In this document: one piece after another, positions 21,118-30,804 of the stretch | Layout of the letters: the number at the start of each line of letters is the position of its first letter | Numbering within the stretch: position 1 is the first letter of the stretch | DNA from: Planctomycetota bacterium | GTDB taxonomy: Bacteria > Planctomycetota > PLA2 > JAEUHO01 | Length of the DNA: 64,000 nt | Direction: 5' to 3' | Assembly (NCBI GenBank): GCA_050248855.1 | Contig: JBFWRP010000007.1 | Coordinates: 96,001 to 160,000, forward strand | Made by a program: the position numbers and the translations under genes | The notes under the pieces: generated by a model | The model's input: the letters and a program-made list of their open reading frames with translations, nothing else | What the model was told of the DNA's origin: nothing | Database searches by the model: none

Positions 21118-21792
21118 CTACGGTCGGCGCGCCAACGTCGCCTGCTGCAGGAAGACACGCGAAAGGCCCAGACCACGCCCGATGCTCTCGACGAGACCGG
21201 AGCCCGGCAGGTCGACGGGCAGCGGCATGTAGCGCACACCGCGGACGACATCGAAGCCAGCGCCCTCGAGGTGTTGGCGCGTCTCGCGCAAGGACCAGCG
21301 GTGCGCGAGCCAGCGCGGGTCGAAGTGACCCCGCCAAAGCCCCAGCCGGAGTCCCCACGGCGTGGGGTCGGCCACCACGAGCACGCCGCCCGGTCGCAGC
21401 ACGCGGGCCAGCTCGCGCAGCGCCCCATCGGCATCGGGCACGTGCTTGAGCGTGGCGACGAGCGTGGCCACGTCGATGCTGGCGTCATCGAACGGCAGGG
21501 CTTCGGCGCGCGCCGCCACGACGTCGTGCCCGGCCTCCCGAGCCGTGGCCACGAGGTCCTCGGAGGCCTCGACGCCGACACGCTCGCTGGCCGGGAACGA
21601 CGCGGCGAAGGCGGCCAACATGCGCCCATCGGCGGTGCCCACGTCCAGCAGCCGGAAGGCCTCCCCCGCCGCGGCCCCACGGCCCTCGCGGACGAGGCTC
21701 GTGACCATGGCCGTACGGCGCAGGAACCCGTCGCGGAACAGACGGGACCGGCCGCGGAGCTCGGCGTACTGGCGGAAGCCCTCGGCGGTCAT
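21118..21792 (-). CDS. Class I SAM-dependent methyltransferase
   Basis: LLDVGTADG, AEALPFDDASID, ELARVLRPGG. Confidence 0.88.
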   Translation of the reverse strand: MTAEGFRQYAELRGRSRLFRDGFLRRTAMVTSLVREGRGAAAGEAFRLLDVGTADGRMLAAFAASFPASERVGVEASEDLVATAREAGHDVVAARAEALPFDDASIDVATLVATLKHVPDADGALRELARVLRPGGVLVVADPTPWGLRLGLWRGHFDPRWLAHRWSLRETRQHLEGAGFDVVRGVRYMPLPVDLPGSGLVESIGRGLGLSRVFLQQATLARRP

Positions 21793-22083
21793 GGCACCTC
21801 CAGGCGGGACGGGGCCCCACCCCTTGTATGCACCTGTTCACCTACTCCGAGAAGCAACCGGCAAGGGTGCGTTGGCGCCACTCGGAGCCGAGCGCAAGCG
21901 CCACGGGTCGGGTCGCCAGGGCGACGGTAGCGCGCCCGCATCGGCGACGACTCGTAGCCGAGCTACTCGAGGAGCCGATGCGGGTGCGGGACCGAGCATC
22001 TGGCGAGCCGTCCGCCCGCACCTCGGGGGCTGAACGCTCGCCACCCCTTCCAGCATCGACCGATCCGGGGGAGCATCCGAGGC

Positions 22084-22563
22084 GTGAGCACCCCGCCCCC
22101 GCTCCCGCCGATCCGCCTGGCCGGGCTGGACGACGTGCCGGCCCTGGTGGCTGCCAACGTCGCCATGGCCCTCGAGACGGAGGGCAAGGCCCTGGACCCG
22201 GCCCGGGTGGAGCTGGGCGTGCGGGGCCTCCTCGAGCGTCCGGAGGCCGGCTTCTACCTCGTGGCGGCCGACGGCCAGGCCAGCGCCGGCTCGCTGATGG
22301 TCACGCCCGAGTGGACCGACTGGCGCAACGGCTGGTTCTGGTGGATCCAGAGCGTCTACGTGGCCCCCCCTTGGCGCGGCCAGGGGGTCTACCGGGCGCT
22401 CCACGAGGACGTCGAACGCCGGGCCCGGGAGCACGGGCGCGTCGTGGGGCTACGCCTCTATGTCGAGCGGGAGAACGAGGGCGCACGGCGCGTCTACGAG
22501 CGCCTGGGGATGACCGAGACGGCCTACCGCCTCTACGAAGTGGCCATCGGGCGCTCCGGGTAG
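22084..22563 (+). CDS. GNAT-family N-acetyltransferase
   Basis: EWTDWRNG.FWWIQSVYV..WRGQGVY, LRLYVE.EN..A..VYERLG. Confidence 0.92.
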   Translation: MSTPPPLPPIRLAGLDDVPALVAANVAMALETEGKALDPARVELGVRGLLERPEAGFYLVAADGQASAGSLMVTPEWTDWRNGWFWWIQSVYVAPPWRGQGVYRALHEDVERRAREHGRVVGLRLYVERENEGARRVYERLGMTETAYRLYEVAIGRSG

Positions 22564-22603
22564 GCTCCGCCTCCCAACCCCATTCCCACCAAGGAGGACT
22601 CCC

Positions 22604-22807
22604 ATGTCGGTCGGCAAGGTCATCGAAATCACGGCGAGCAGCGGCAAGAGCTTCGAGAAGGCCATCGAGAAGGGCATCGAGCGTGCCCACAAGACCGTCA
22701 AGAACGTCCGCGGCGCGTGGGTCAAGGAAATGAAGGTCGCGGTCGTCGATGGCGTGATCACCGAGTACCGCGTGAACATGCAGGTCACCTTCCTGCTCGA
22801 GGAGTGA
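22604..22807 (+). CDS. Dodecin-family flavin-binding protein
   Basis: KVIEITASSGKSFEKAI..GI.RA.KTV, EYRVNMQVTF; AAGGAGG RBS. Confidence 0.92.
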   Translation: MSVGKVIEITASSGKSFEKAIEKGIERAHKTVKNVRGAWVKEMKVAVVDGVITEYRVNMQVTFLLEE

Positions 22808-22853
22808 CCCCACGGGCAGGACCCGGAGCCGGAGACGATCGGAAACCTCGATG

Positions 22854-22871
22854 GATCCGTCGCGACGGATC
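22854..22871. promoter_or_regulatory. Perfect 18-bp palindrome GATCCGTCGCGACGGATC
   Basis: Self-complementary; lies between dodecin and the small Cys-rich ORF. Confidence 0.45.
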
Positions 22872-23041
22872 GCCGCTTCCGGACACTCTCGTCAAGGTTC
22901 CATGAAGACGCCCTGGAACGTGGCTCTGGCAGGCGCGCGACTGCAAGGCATCATGGGCCCTCACGTCCCTCGAGGGAGGGACAGGGACCCCCCTCGCGCC
23001 GGCGCCGCCGGACCTGCGAGCACTTCCAAGGAGCATCACCC

Positions 23042-23176
23042 ATGCGCACCCTTCGTGCGTTCCTCGTCCTCGGGCTCGTGGCCGGCATGCTGGCCCTCTC
23101 CGGTTGCTGCGGCAGCCTCTGCGACGACCCCTGCGACGCGCCGGCTTGCGAGCCCTGCGCGAAGCCCTGCTGCTGA
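23042..23176 (+). CDS. 44-aa Cys-rich lipoprotein (not in the ORF track)
   Basis: MRTLRAFLVLGLVAGMLALSG-CCGSLCDDPCDAPACEPCAKPCC*; AAGGAG RBS; lipobox LSGC; GC-rich third codon positions; terminator downstream. Confidence 0.8.
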   Translation: MRTLRAFLVLGLVAGMLALSGCCGSLCDDPCDAPACEPCAKPCC

Positions 23177-23210
23177 TCGCCTGACCGCGCCTGGCGCGGT
23201 CTTGCTTCCC

Positions 23211-23249
23211 GACGGCGAGGTCCTCGCGGACCCCGCCGTCGTTCGTTTT
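23211..23249 (+). terminator. Intrinsic terminator after the small lipoprotein gene
   Basis: GACGGCGAGGTCC-TCGC-GGACCCCGCCGTC stem followed by GTTCGTTTT. Confidence 0.65.
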
Positions 23250-23260
23250 GCCCCGCGCGC

Positions 23261-24178
23261 TCAAGGCGCGTGGGCCGCGACCTCCAGGGCTCGCCAGCCG
23301 ACCGCCTCGATGGCCGGGTCGTCCGTGTCGCGGCCGTAGGGCACCAGCACGACGCCGTAGAAGAGCGCCTTCCACCGTGCGCGCGCCCACGCGATCTCGT
23401 CGACGCCCCCGTACGCGGCCCGAAACGCGGCGTGCGACGACGTGGGCAAGAGCGTAAACGCGATCGAGAGATCCAGGGAGGGGTCGCCCTGGTGCGCATC
23501 GCCCCAGTCGATGACGCCCGCGAGCGCACCCCCGTCGTCGACGACGACGTGGCGCGGATACAGGTCACCGTGCACGAGGCACGAGGGCGGCGCCGGCAGG
23601 GCCTCGGGGTCCAGGGCTTCGAAGCGTCGGAAGGCCGCGTGGACACGCTCGTCGTCGCAGGCGGCGGCCAGCTCGGCGAAGCGTCGCTTCGTCACCGGGG
23701 TGCGACGCACGAGGTCGGCGCGATGGATCGTGTCGCCGGGCGTCTTCGTGGGCAGCGGCGTGTCGTGCAGCGCGCGCAGGAAGCGCCCGAGGGGCGCCGC
23801 CCACGTCGCACGCACCTCGTCCTCCACCGCCACGCGACAGGCCGTGGTCCCCGGCAGCCACGACAGTCCGACGAAGGGCGCGGTCACGCCGTACCCGGGC
23901 TGGCCGCGGAACAGCAGGCGCGGCACGGCGAGGGGGAGGCGGTCGTCGAGCGCGGGCAGGATCGCCGCCTCGGCCTCGAGCGTGGGGACGGCCATGTGGC
24001 GGCGTGGAAAGCGGAAGACGTAGTCGTCGTTCACGCGCCAGATGTGGTGGTCCCAGCCGGGCACCAGGGCCGTCAGGCTGGCCGGGGCCAGCTCCGGGAA
24101 GGCGGCCTCGAGGGCGGCCCGGGCCGTGGCCTCGTCGAGGGGGATCTCCTCGGCCCAGGGTCGACGCGGATCCGGCAT
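23261..24178 (-). CDS. APH/choline-kinase-family phosphotransferase
   Basis: GWDH, YVFRFPRR, LVHGDLYPRHV, GVIDWGD, GDPSLDL. Confidence 0.9.
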   Translation of the reverse strand: MPDPRRPWAEEIPLDEATARAALEAAFPELAPASLTALVPGWDHHIWRVNDDYVFRFPRRHMAVPTLEAEAAILPALDDRLPLAVPRLLFRGQPGYGVTAPFVGLSWLPGTTACRVAVEDEVRATWAAPLGRFLRALHDTPLPTKTPGDTIHRADLVRRTPVTKRRFAELAAACDDERVHAAFRRFEALDPEALPAPPSCLVHGDLYPRHVVVDDGGALAGVIDWGDAHQGDPSLDLSIAFTLLPTSSHAAFRAAYGGVDEIAWARARWKALFYGVVLVPYGRDTDDPAIEAVGWRALEVAAHAP

Positions 24179-24307
24179 CGGTGCGTTCGCGCCTCCAGCG
24201 GTCCGGTTCTTGCGTACGTGGTCGGGGCCCGAGGGCGGGGCGCGCCGACCGCCGCCCTGCCCCGGTCCGCTTCTACCCTGGACGTCGCCTTTGGAGGACG
24301 CCCCCCC

Positions 24308-25135
24308 GTGATCCGCACCGCCTTCCTCCTGACCTTGCTGACGATGCTGCTCGTGTTCGTCGGTCGCCTCGTCGGCGGCCAGAACGGCATGATCATCGCT
24401 CTGGCCATCGGCCTCGTGCTGAACTTCGTCAACTTCTGGTTCAGCAGCAGCATCGTGCTGAAAGTCCACGGCGCGAAGATCCTCGAGCCCGGCGAGCTGC
24501 AGTGGCTTCAGGACGACGTACGGGAGATGGCCGCCAAGGCCGGCATGCCGATGCCGAAGGTCGCCTACATCGCCAAGTCGGCGCCCAATGCGTTCGCCAC
24601 GGGCCGCAACCCGGAGCACGCGGTCGTTGCCGTCACCCAGGGGCTGCTCGACATCTGCGACCGACGCGAGGTGCGTGCCGTCATGGCGCATGAGCTGGGC
24701 CACGTGCGCCACCGTGACATGCTCACGATGACGCTGGTTTCCGGCGCCGTGTCCGCCATCGGCATGCTGGCCATGATCGCCCGCTTCGGCGCCTTCTTCG
24801 GTGGCCGCGACGACGAGGACAGCAGCCCCGTCGGCATGCTCGTGGTGGCCCTCCTGGCCCCGCTCATGGCCGCCCTGGTCCAGATGGCCATCAGCCGGGC
24901 GCGCGAGTACGAAGCCGACCGCGGCGGCGCCGAGCTGTCCGGTGACCCCGAAGCCCTGGCCAGCGCGCTCGAGCGCCTGCACGCGGGCATCCCGCAGCGG
25001 CCGCCGCTGTCCTCCACGGGCGCCACGGCGCACATGATGATCGCCAACCCGTTCTTCGGGATGAGCCTCGGGCAGCTGTTCTCGACGCACCCGGACCCCC
25101 GCGAGCGCATTCGCCGCCTACGGGCCATGGCGTAG
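24308..25135 (+). CDS. htpX: Zinc metalloprotease HtpX (M48)
   Basis: PNAFATGRNP, AHELGH, ISRAREY.AD, LFSTHP motifs; GGAGG RBS before GTG. Confidence 0.95.
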   Translation: MIRTAFLLTLLTMLLVFVGRLVGGQNGMIIALAIGLVLNFVNFWFSSSIVLKVHGAKILEPGELQWLQDDVREMAAKAGMPMPKVAYIAKSAPNAFATGRNPEHAVVAVTQGLLDICDRREVRAVMAHELGHVRHRDMLTMTLVSGAVSAIGMLAMIARFGAFFGGRDDEDSSPVGMLVVALLAPLMAALVQMAISRAREYEADRGGAELSGDPEALASALERLHAGIPQRPPLSSTGATAHMMIANPFFGMSLGQLFSTHPDPRERIRRLRAMA

Positions 25136-25210
25136 CTGCCCCGCACCCGCGGCCCTGGCCTGACGTTCATGATGGGAGAGGCGTCCGCCTTCGAGCGGGC
25201 GCCGGGTCCC

Positions 25211-27754
25211 ATGAAGCTCGCGCGGTCGTTCCCCTCCGCTTGCCTCGCCCTCGCTCTCCTGCTGGGCGGCGCCGCGCCGCAGGCTGCGGCCCAGGACCCC
25301 ACGCCGAAGGACGCTGCCGAGCGAGGTGTGCGCGAGGCCGAGCGGCTCCTGAAGCGCCCGGGGCCATGGGCGCCGGAGCTGGTGCAGGCACTCGACGAGG
25401 TGCTCGATGCCCATGACGCCGCGCTGGACGCAGGCGGGCCTGGTCTCTCGGGGCTCCAGCGCGCCGTCCACGCGTTCGTCCTGGATGCGCTCGTGACCGA
25501 GCGCACGACCTCCGGCTCCAAGGCCAACCTCCGCTTGCCCGTGCAGCTCGCCGCCGCGCGCGCGTTGGGGCGACTGGACGTGTCGCGCATCCATGCCTTC
25601 CTGCCGACCGTCGAGCGTCTGCTCTTCGACGAGGGAGGCGCAGAGGTGCCGCCAGCCGTGTACGAGGCCGTGTTCCACGCGGTGGCGCGCGACATGGGCG
25701 ACGAGGGGGCCCGCTGGCTGATCGAACGCGCGGTGCACCCCGACGCCACCGAGAAGCGCACGGCGCGCGCCCACGCGGCGCTCCGCGAGCTGGGCGACAC
25801 CGCGGAGCGCCTCCCGGGCCCTCTGCGCCAAGCCGCCATCGACCGCTTCATCGACGTGTTCCAGTCGTACGAGTACCACTGGGTCGACAAGATGGAGGCC
25901 GTCGCGGGCTTCCGCGGCGGCTCGATCCGTTTCCGGCAGGCAGCCTCCAACAACCGTCCCTACTGGCTGCAGCTGCGCCCCGTGCTCTTCGAGACCATGC
26001 GCCGCCTCGGAACGGACGCGCGCTCCGGGGAGGTGCCCCGAACGCCCGAAGGCGAGGAGCTCGCGACCATCGCGGACTGGGGCAACTGGAACCTGCGCCG
26101 GCGCATCACGACCGGCGCGCCCTGGCTGCCCGCGGAAGGCGACGACGGGACACGCCGCCTGGCCGACGTGGCCGACCGCCCCGTGCGCCCGTTCGCCGAC
26201 ATCTGGGTGCGCCAGTACGGCGAACCCTGGACGGGGGAGTACGCGCGAACGCGTGCCGATCTCGAGCTGCCCCTGGACGTGCAGGGCTTGGCGCTCCCGG
26301 CGCGCGCTCGACTTGCGGCGACGTGGCTGCCTGCGTGGCGCGAAGCATGGGCGGAGGACCCGGCCCCCGAAGTGCGCGCGGCCGCGCTTGCTGCCTACGG
26401 CCGCGAAGGGAACCCTGCGGCGCGCACCCGCCTGCTTGCGGCCCTCCTCGGCGATCCCTCGCCGCGCGTGCGCGAGGCCGCTGCGTTGGCCTTGGTCGGC
26501 CTGCCACCCGAGCCGGGCATCGTGATCGCGCTGCGGCGCGTGCTCGGTGACGCCGGACGCCCGCTGCGCGAGCGCTCCTACGCGCTGCTGGCGCTGGGCG
26601 CGCAGGGCGACACCGAGACCCTGACCGCGTTGTTGCGTGCGCCGCTGCCGCGCTCGCGCGCCGAGGCCCGCGTGTCGGAGGACCTGCGCGTGATGGCGCT
26701 TCGCGCGCTTGCGGCGTTGCCCGGCGACGATGCCACCGCGGACCTGGAAGACGTCGTCCGCGAGGTCCTCGTCGATCGCGACGCGCCGCTCGCCCTGCGC
26801 GTCGCGGCCGGCTGCACGCTCGCCGAGCTGGGCTCGGCCCGCTCGCGCGGTGTCGTGGCCGCCTTGCTCGAGGAGGCGGCGGAGGAACGGCTCGATCCGT
26901 CGCTGTCGATCGCCGTGCTCGCCGCAGCGCCACGTACCCTCGCGGACGATCCCGAGGCCGCCGCGCGGATCGAGCGTGTGGCCGCCCGACGCCGCACGCC
27001 CTTCGCGGGAGTGCGCATCGCGGCCGCGGCCGCGTTGGCCGAGCTGGGTGGACCCGCCGCGGAAGCGGCGCTCGTCCGCCTCTGGCACGACCTGTCGGAG
27101 GACACCTCGCAGGTGGTGGCGTGGGGCCCCGCACTCATGGCCCTAGCCCGCTCCACCGGGGACGCCGCACGCACCACGTTCCAGGTGGCGCGTTCCGACA
27201 TCGACCACGAGCTGGACCGGGGCGCGTTGCTCATGGCCGCCGCCCGTCGCGGCCTCGTGGCCAACCTGGAGATCGAGGAAGTGCGCGCGATCCGCGATGC
27301 GCGCTTCGAGCTGATCGGCCCCGGGCTGCTGATGCTGGCCTGGCTCCGCGACAGCCGCGGGCCCATGATCCAGCGCGCCGCGCTGGACCGCGAGGCCGCG
27401 GGCGACGTGATCGTGCACGCGGCCTGGGCCGACGTGGTGCGCGATCCGGCCACCGCCACGGCGGGCCTGCTCGACGCGTGGCAGCGCGCCCGCGGCCCCG
27501 ACGAGCGGGACGCGATCTCGCAGGCGTGGCGTCACGCACCGTCCGAAGAGGGAATCACCTTCCTGGCCGGCATCGCCCGCTCCTCGCGCGCTCGCGCCGA
27601 CGTCCGCGCCCAGGCGGTGCTGACGTTGGCCCGCATGGCCTGGCCGGACGTCCGCGACCCGTGGTCGAAGTGGGCCGAGCACGTCGTGCCCTACGTCCAT
27701 GTACCCGCGTGGACGGCCGTGGCGCGGTGGCGCGAGGCGGCCTTCCTCGAGTAG
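25211..27754 (+). CDS. Exported HEAT/PBS-lyase-like repeat protein
   Basis: Signal peptide ending AAA; repeats such as DPAPEVRAAALAA, DPSPRVREAAALAL, VRIAAAAALAELG. Alternative start 25169. Confidence 0.75.
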   Translation: MKLARSFPSACLALALLLGGAAPQAAAQDPTPKDAAERGVREAERLLKRPGPWAPELVQALDEVLDAHDAALDAGGPGLSGLQRAVHAFVLDALVTERTTSGSKANLRLPVQLAAARALGRLDVSRIHAFLPTVERLLFDEGGAEVPPAVYEAVFHAVARDMGDEGARWLIERAVHPDATEKRTARAHAALRELGDTAERLPGPLRQAAIDRFIDVFQSYEYHWVDKMEAVAGFRGGSIRFRQAASNNRPYWLQLRPVLFETMRRLGTDARSGEVPRTPEGEELATIADWGNWNLRRRITTGAPWLPAEGDDGTRRLADVADRPVRPFADIWVRQYGEPWTGEYARTRADLELPLDVQGLALPARARLAATWLPAWREAWAEDPAPEVRAAALAAYGREGNPAARTRLLAALLGDPSPRVREAAALALVGLPPEPGIVIALRRVLGDAGRPLRERSYALLALGAQGDTETLTALLRAPLPRSRAEARVSEDLRVMALRALAALPGDDATADLEDVVREVLVDRDAPLALRVAAGCTLAELGSARSRGVVAALLEEAAEERLDPSLSIAVLAAAPRTLADDPEAAARIERVAARRRTPFAGVRIAAAAALAELGGPAAEAALVRLWHDLSEDTSQVVAWGPALMALARSTGDAARTTFQVARSDIDHELDRGALLMAAARRGLVANLEIEEVRAIRDARFELIGPGLLMLAWLRDSRGPMIQRAALDREAAGDVIVHAAWADVVRDPATATAGLLDAWQRARGPDERDAISQAWRHAPSEEGITFLAGIARSSRARADVRAQAVLTLARMAWPDVRDPWSKWAEHVVPYVHVPAWTAVARWREAAFLE

Positions 27755-27802
27755 TCCGCTGCACGGGAGCGGCCCACGGCCCGTGCCGGGTACGCTCGCG
27801 CC

Positions 27803-30769
27803 ATGCTGCTCCGAACGCTTCTCCTGACCGTCCTCCTCGTGCCTCTTGCCATGCCCGCGCCGGTAGGCGCGGAGGACGAGGCGCCGGCCACGTACACCCC
27901 GGACGAGCTGGCCGCCCTGGACCGTGCCCTCGATGCGGCCAACCTGACGCGCGAGGACCTGCGCTTCGAGAAGGACCTGGCGCAAGGGCATGCGTGCCTC
28001 GAGCGCGTGCGGGCACTGTTGCGCGACCCGCTGGAGATCGCGCCGACGATCGATGCGCTCGCGGCCCGGTTGCGCCCCGACAGCGACGACGTGCTGTCGC
28101 CAGGGGTCGTGTTGCAGCAAGCACGTGACCTGCTCGATCTTCCGGCAGTCGAGCGCGATCGCGCCGCGCCGCCGCCAGCCCCTACGTCTCCGGAGGCCGC
28201 GCTGGCGCGGCTGGCCGAGCTGGTAGGGGAAGACCTGGAGCCCCTCTTCGCCCCCGTCGGCGACGACGACGTCGCGCGCCAAGCAGTGCGTCGGTACCTG
28301 CCGGAGCAGATGGCGTGGCACGAGGTGTTCGGCTCGCCGCTCGACGCGGAGGCCGAAGCGGCGGTGAAAGCGTGGCGCGAGGGCCAACCCGAGAGCTGGC
28401 TGCACGACCGGCTGGTCCGGTTGGACGTGGGCGGCGTGCTGCTGGCGGCCGACGCGATCCTGCTCGACACGCTCGACGAGGTGCTGTCGTGGCCCGCGGC
28501 TGCCTACCCGCTGGACGCCGCGCTCGTCCTCGAGACGCCGCACGGCCGCATCGGCCTGGGCACGGCGGACGACGACGTGTGGACCGGCGACTTCGCCGCG
28601 ATCGTCGATCCCGGCGGGAACGACCGCTACGTCGGGGGGCGCATGGGCGCCGCCAACGGCCTGCCGGGGCAGCGCATCGGCCTCTTGATCGACCGGGGCG
28701 GGGACGACGTCTACGACACCCCGGACGTGGACCTCACGCTGGGCAGTGCCGTCCTGGGCATCGCCCTGCTGGCCGACCTGGGGCTCGGCAACGACCGCTA
28801 CAGCGCGGGGCACGGGAGCCTGGGCGCGGCGATGGGCGGCGTGGGCATCCTCGTGGACGACGGCGGGAGCGACACGTACGAGGGCAAGGCGTACACGCAG
28901 GGGGCCGCGGGCTTCGGCGTGGGCGCCCTGCTCGACATGGGCGCCAGTCGCAAGCCCGTGCTGTCGCGCGACGAGGGCACGCCGGATCCCGTCAACATCG
29001 GCGCGTTCGACAACGACCGCTTCACGGCGTGGTCCTCGGCCCAGGCTTTCGCCCGCTGCCGCGGCATCGCCTTGCTCGTCAACGCGCGGGGCAACGACCG
29101 CTACGAGGCGGGGGGCGTGTACCTGCACGCACCGCTGTTCGCCGACCGCTACCAGTCGTTCTCGCAGGGCTTCGCCATCGGCGAGCGGGGCGTGGACTAC
29201 GCCGGGGGCGTCGCGCTGCTGGCCGACTTCGACGGCAACGACCGCTACCTCGGCGACATCTACAACCAAGGCGTGGGCTATTGGTACGCGGCGGGGCTGC
29301 TCTACGACGGCGGTGGCAACGACCTCTACGAGATGACGCAGTACGGCCAGGGCAGCGGCATCCACTTGGCCGTCGGCGGCCTCGTGGACGAGAGCGGCAA
29401 CGACACCTACGTCATGCACAGCGGCCTGGGCCAGGGCGGCAGCCACGACTACGCGGCCAGCGTCCTGCACGATCGCGGCGGCAACGACCGCTACCTCGGT
29501 AGCACCTCGTGCAACGGCTGCGGCCTGACCAACAGCGTAGGGCTGCACCTGGACCGCAGCGGCGACGACATCTACGGGGCGCGGCGCGAGGGCGGGATCA
29601 ACACGGGACGCCCCGCGCGGGGCTTCGGCAGCATCGGCGTGCTCGTGGACCTCCTCGGCAAGGACGACTACCTGGGCGTCATGGCCGACGACACGGGGTG
29701 GATGCACACGGACGTCGGCGTGGGCCTGGACCTGACGCCGCCCGCACCCGACGAGGAGACGCCCACGGCCCCCACCACGCCCGAGGAGGGCGAGCAAGCC
29801 CCGCTCCCCCCCATCTGCACCTACGAGGGCGAGCTCACGGACGCCGTCTTCGACGCGCTCTGGAAGGTCGCCATCCGCTGGGAGGTCGGCGACAACCGCC
29901 ACATCGTGCCCGTGGCCCGCACGCGCATCGCGGCCTTCGGCCCGGACGTGCTGCCGCACATCGACCGCGTGTTCGGCCAGAGTGCCAGCGGTCTCGAGAT
30001 CCGCGGCTTCGTCGGCGTGTTGCGGCTCTTGGTGGACGCCGGGCACGAGGACGCCGTGGCCGACGTGCTGCGCAAGAACCTCGCGCACGACGACGCCACG
30101 CGCTCCACCGGCGCGCTGGCCACGTTGGCCGACTTGAAGCTGGCCTCGCTCGCACCGGACGTGGCCCAGCTGCTCGAGAGCTCGGACCGCCGTCGTGCGC
30201 GGCGCGCTGCGGGCGTCCTGAAGGCACTGTCGAGCGACGCGGGGCGCGAGGTCCTGCTCACGTGGCTCGAGCCCGAGGGCGACGAGCGCGACGTGGCCGC
30301 CGCGCTGGACGCCCTGCTGGGCACGGGGGCCGACGTCTACGACGCGGTGCGACCCTTGCTCGTCCACCCCCACCTCTCGGTTCGCGGGCGCTTGGTGGGG
30401 CTGCTCGCAGCGCGGCCCGACGACTACCTGGCGCACGTGCAGGAGGACTGGCGTGATGCATCGCTGGCGCGACGCGTCCGGCGCACGCTGTACCAGGTGC
30501 TCGTGCAGACGGAGCAAGCGGTCCCTTCCGAGCGCGACCTACGGCGTCTGGACGACGACCTCAGGAGCGACGATCCCGGGCTGCGCGCCGACGCCGCGCG
30601 CTTGCTGCGCGCATGGGGCGAGCGGGAAGCGATGAACCCCACGGAAGCGGTGCAGGACAAGCTCGAAGACATGGAACGGCTTCTGCAGAGCGAGGCGGAC
30701 CCGTTCGTACGGGCCGCGCTGCGCAGCGACCGTGGCGGGCAGGGGGCAGGCCAGCAAGGTAGAAAGTAG
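27803..30769 (+). CDS. Exported protein with about 12 D-x-x-G-N/D-D-x-Y repeats and C-terminal HEAT-like repeats
   Basis: Signal peptide; repeats such as VDPGGNDRY, IDRGGDDVY, YDGGGNDLY, HDRGGNDRY; helical C-terminus. Confidence 0.8.
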   Translation: MLLRTLLLTVLLVPLAMPAPVGAEDEAPATYTPDELAALDRALDAANLTREDLRFEKDLAQGHACLERVRALLRDPLEIAPTIDALAARLRPDSDDVLSPGVVLQQARDLLDLPAVERDRAAPPPAPTSPEAALARLAELVGEDLEPLFAPVGDDDVARQAVRRYLPEQMAWHEVFGSPLDAEAEAAVKAWREGQPESWLHDRLVRLDVGGVLLAADAILLDTLDEVLSWPAAAYPLDAALVLETPHGRIGLGTADDDVWTGDFAAIVDPGGNDRYVGGRMGAANGLPGQRIGLLIDRGGDDVYDTPDVDLTLGSAVLGIALLADLGLGNDRYSAGHGSLGAAMGGVGILVDDGGSDTYEGKAYTQGAAGFGVGALLDMGASRKPVLSRDEGTPDPVNIGAFDNDRFTAWSSAQAFARCRGIALLVNARGNDRYEAGGVYLHAPLFADRYQSFSQGFAIGERGVDYAGGVALLADFDGNDRYLGDIYNQGVGYWYAAGLLYDGGGNDLYEMTQYGQGSGIHLAVGGLVDESGNDTYVMHSGLGQGGSHDYAASVLHDRGGNDRYLGSTSCNGCGLTNSVGLHLDRSGDDIYGARREGGINTGRPARGFGSIGVLVDLLGKDDYLGVMADDTGWMHTDVGVGLDLTPPAPDEETPTAPTTPEEGEQAPLPPICTYEGELTDAVFDALWKVAIRWEVGDNRHIVPVARTRIAAFGPDVLPHIDRVFGQSASGLEIRGFVGVLRLLVDAGHEDAVADVLRKNLAHDDATRSTGALATLADLKLASLAPDVAQLLESSDRRRARRAAGVLKALSSDAGREVLLTWLEPEGDERDVAAALDALLGTGADVYDAVRPLLVHPHLSVRGRLVGLLAARPDDYLAHVQEDWRDASLARRVRRTLYQVLVQTEQAVPSERDLRRLDDDLRSDDPGLRADAARLLRAWGEREAMNPTEAVQDKLEDMERLLQSEADPFVRAALRSDRGGQGAGQQGRK

Positions 30770-30804
30770 GGCTCCGCCTGTTCTTCCCCCCTGGAGGTCC
30801 TCCC

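Noticed and set aside
23174..23201. TGA followed by hairpin GACCGCGC-CTG-GCGCGGTC as a selenocysteine/SECIS signal
   Set aside because: Readthrough gives low-complexity Arg-rich sequence running through the terminator into the convergent gene; the hairpin is not convincingly SECIS-like.
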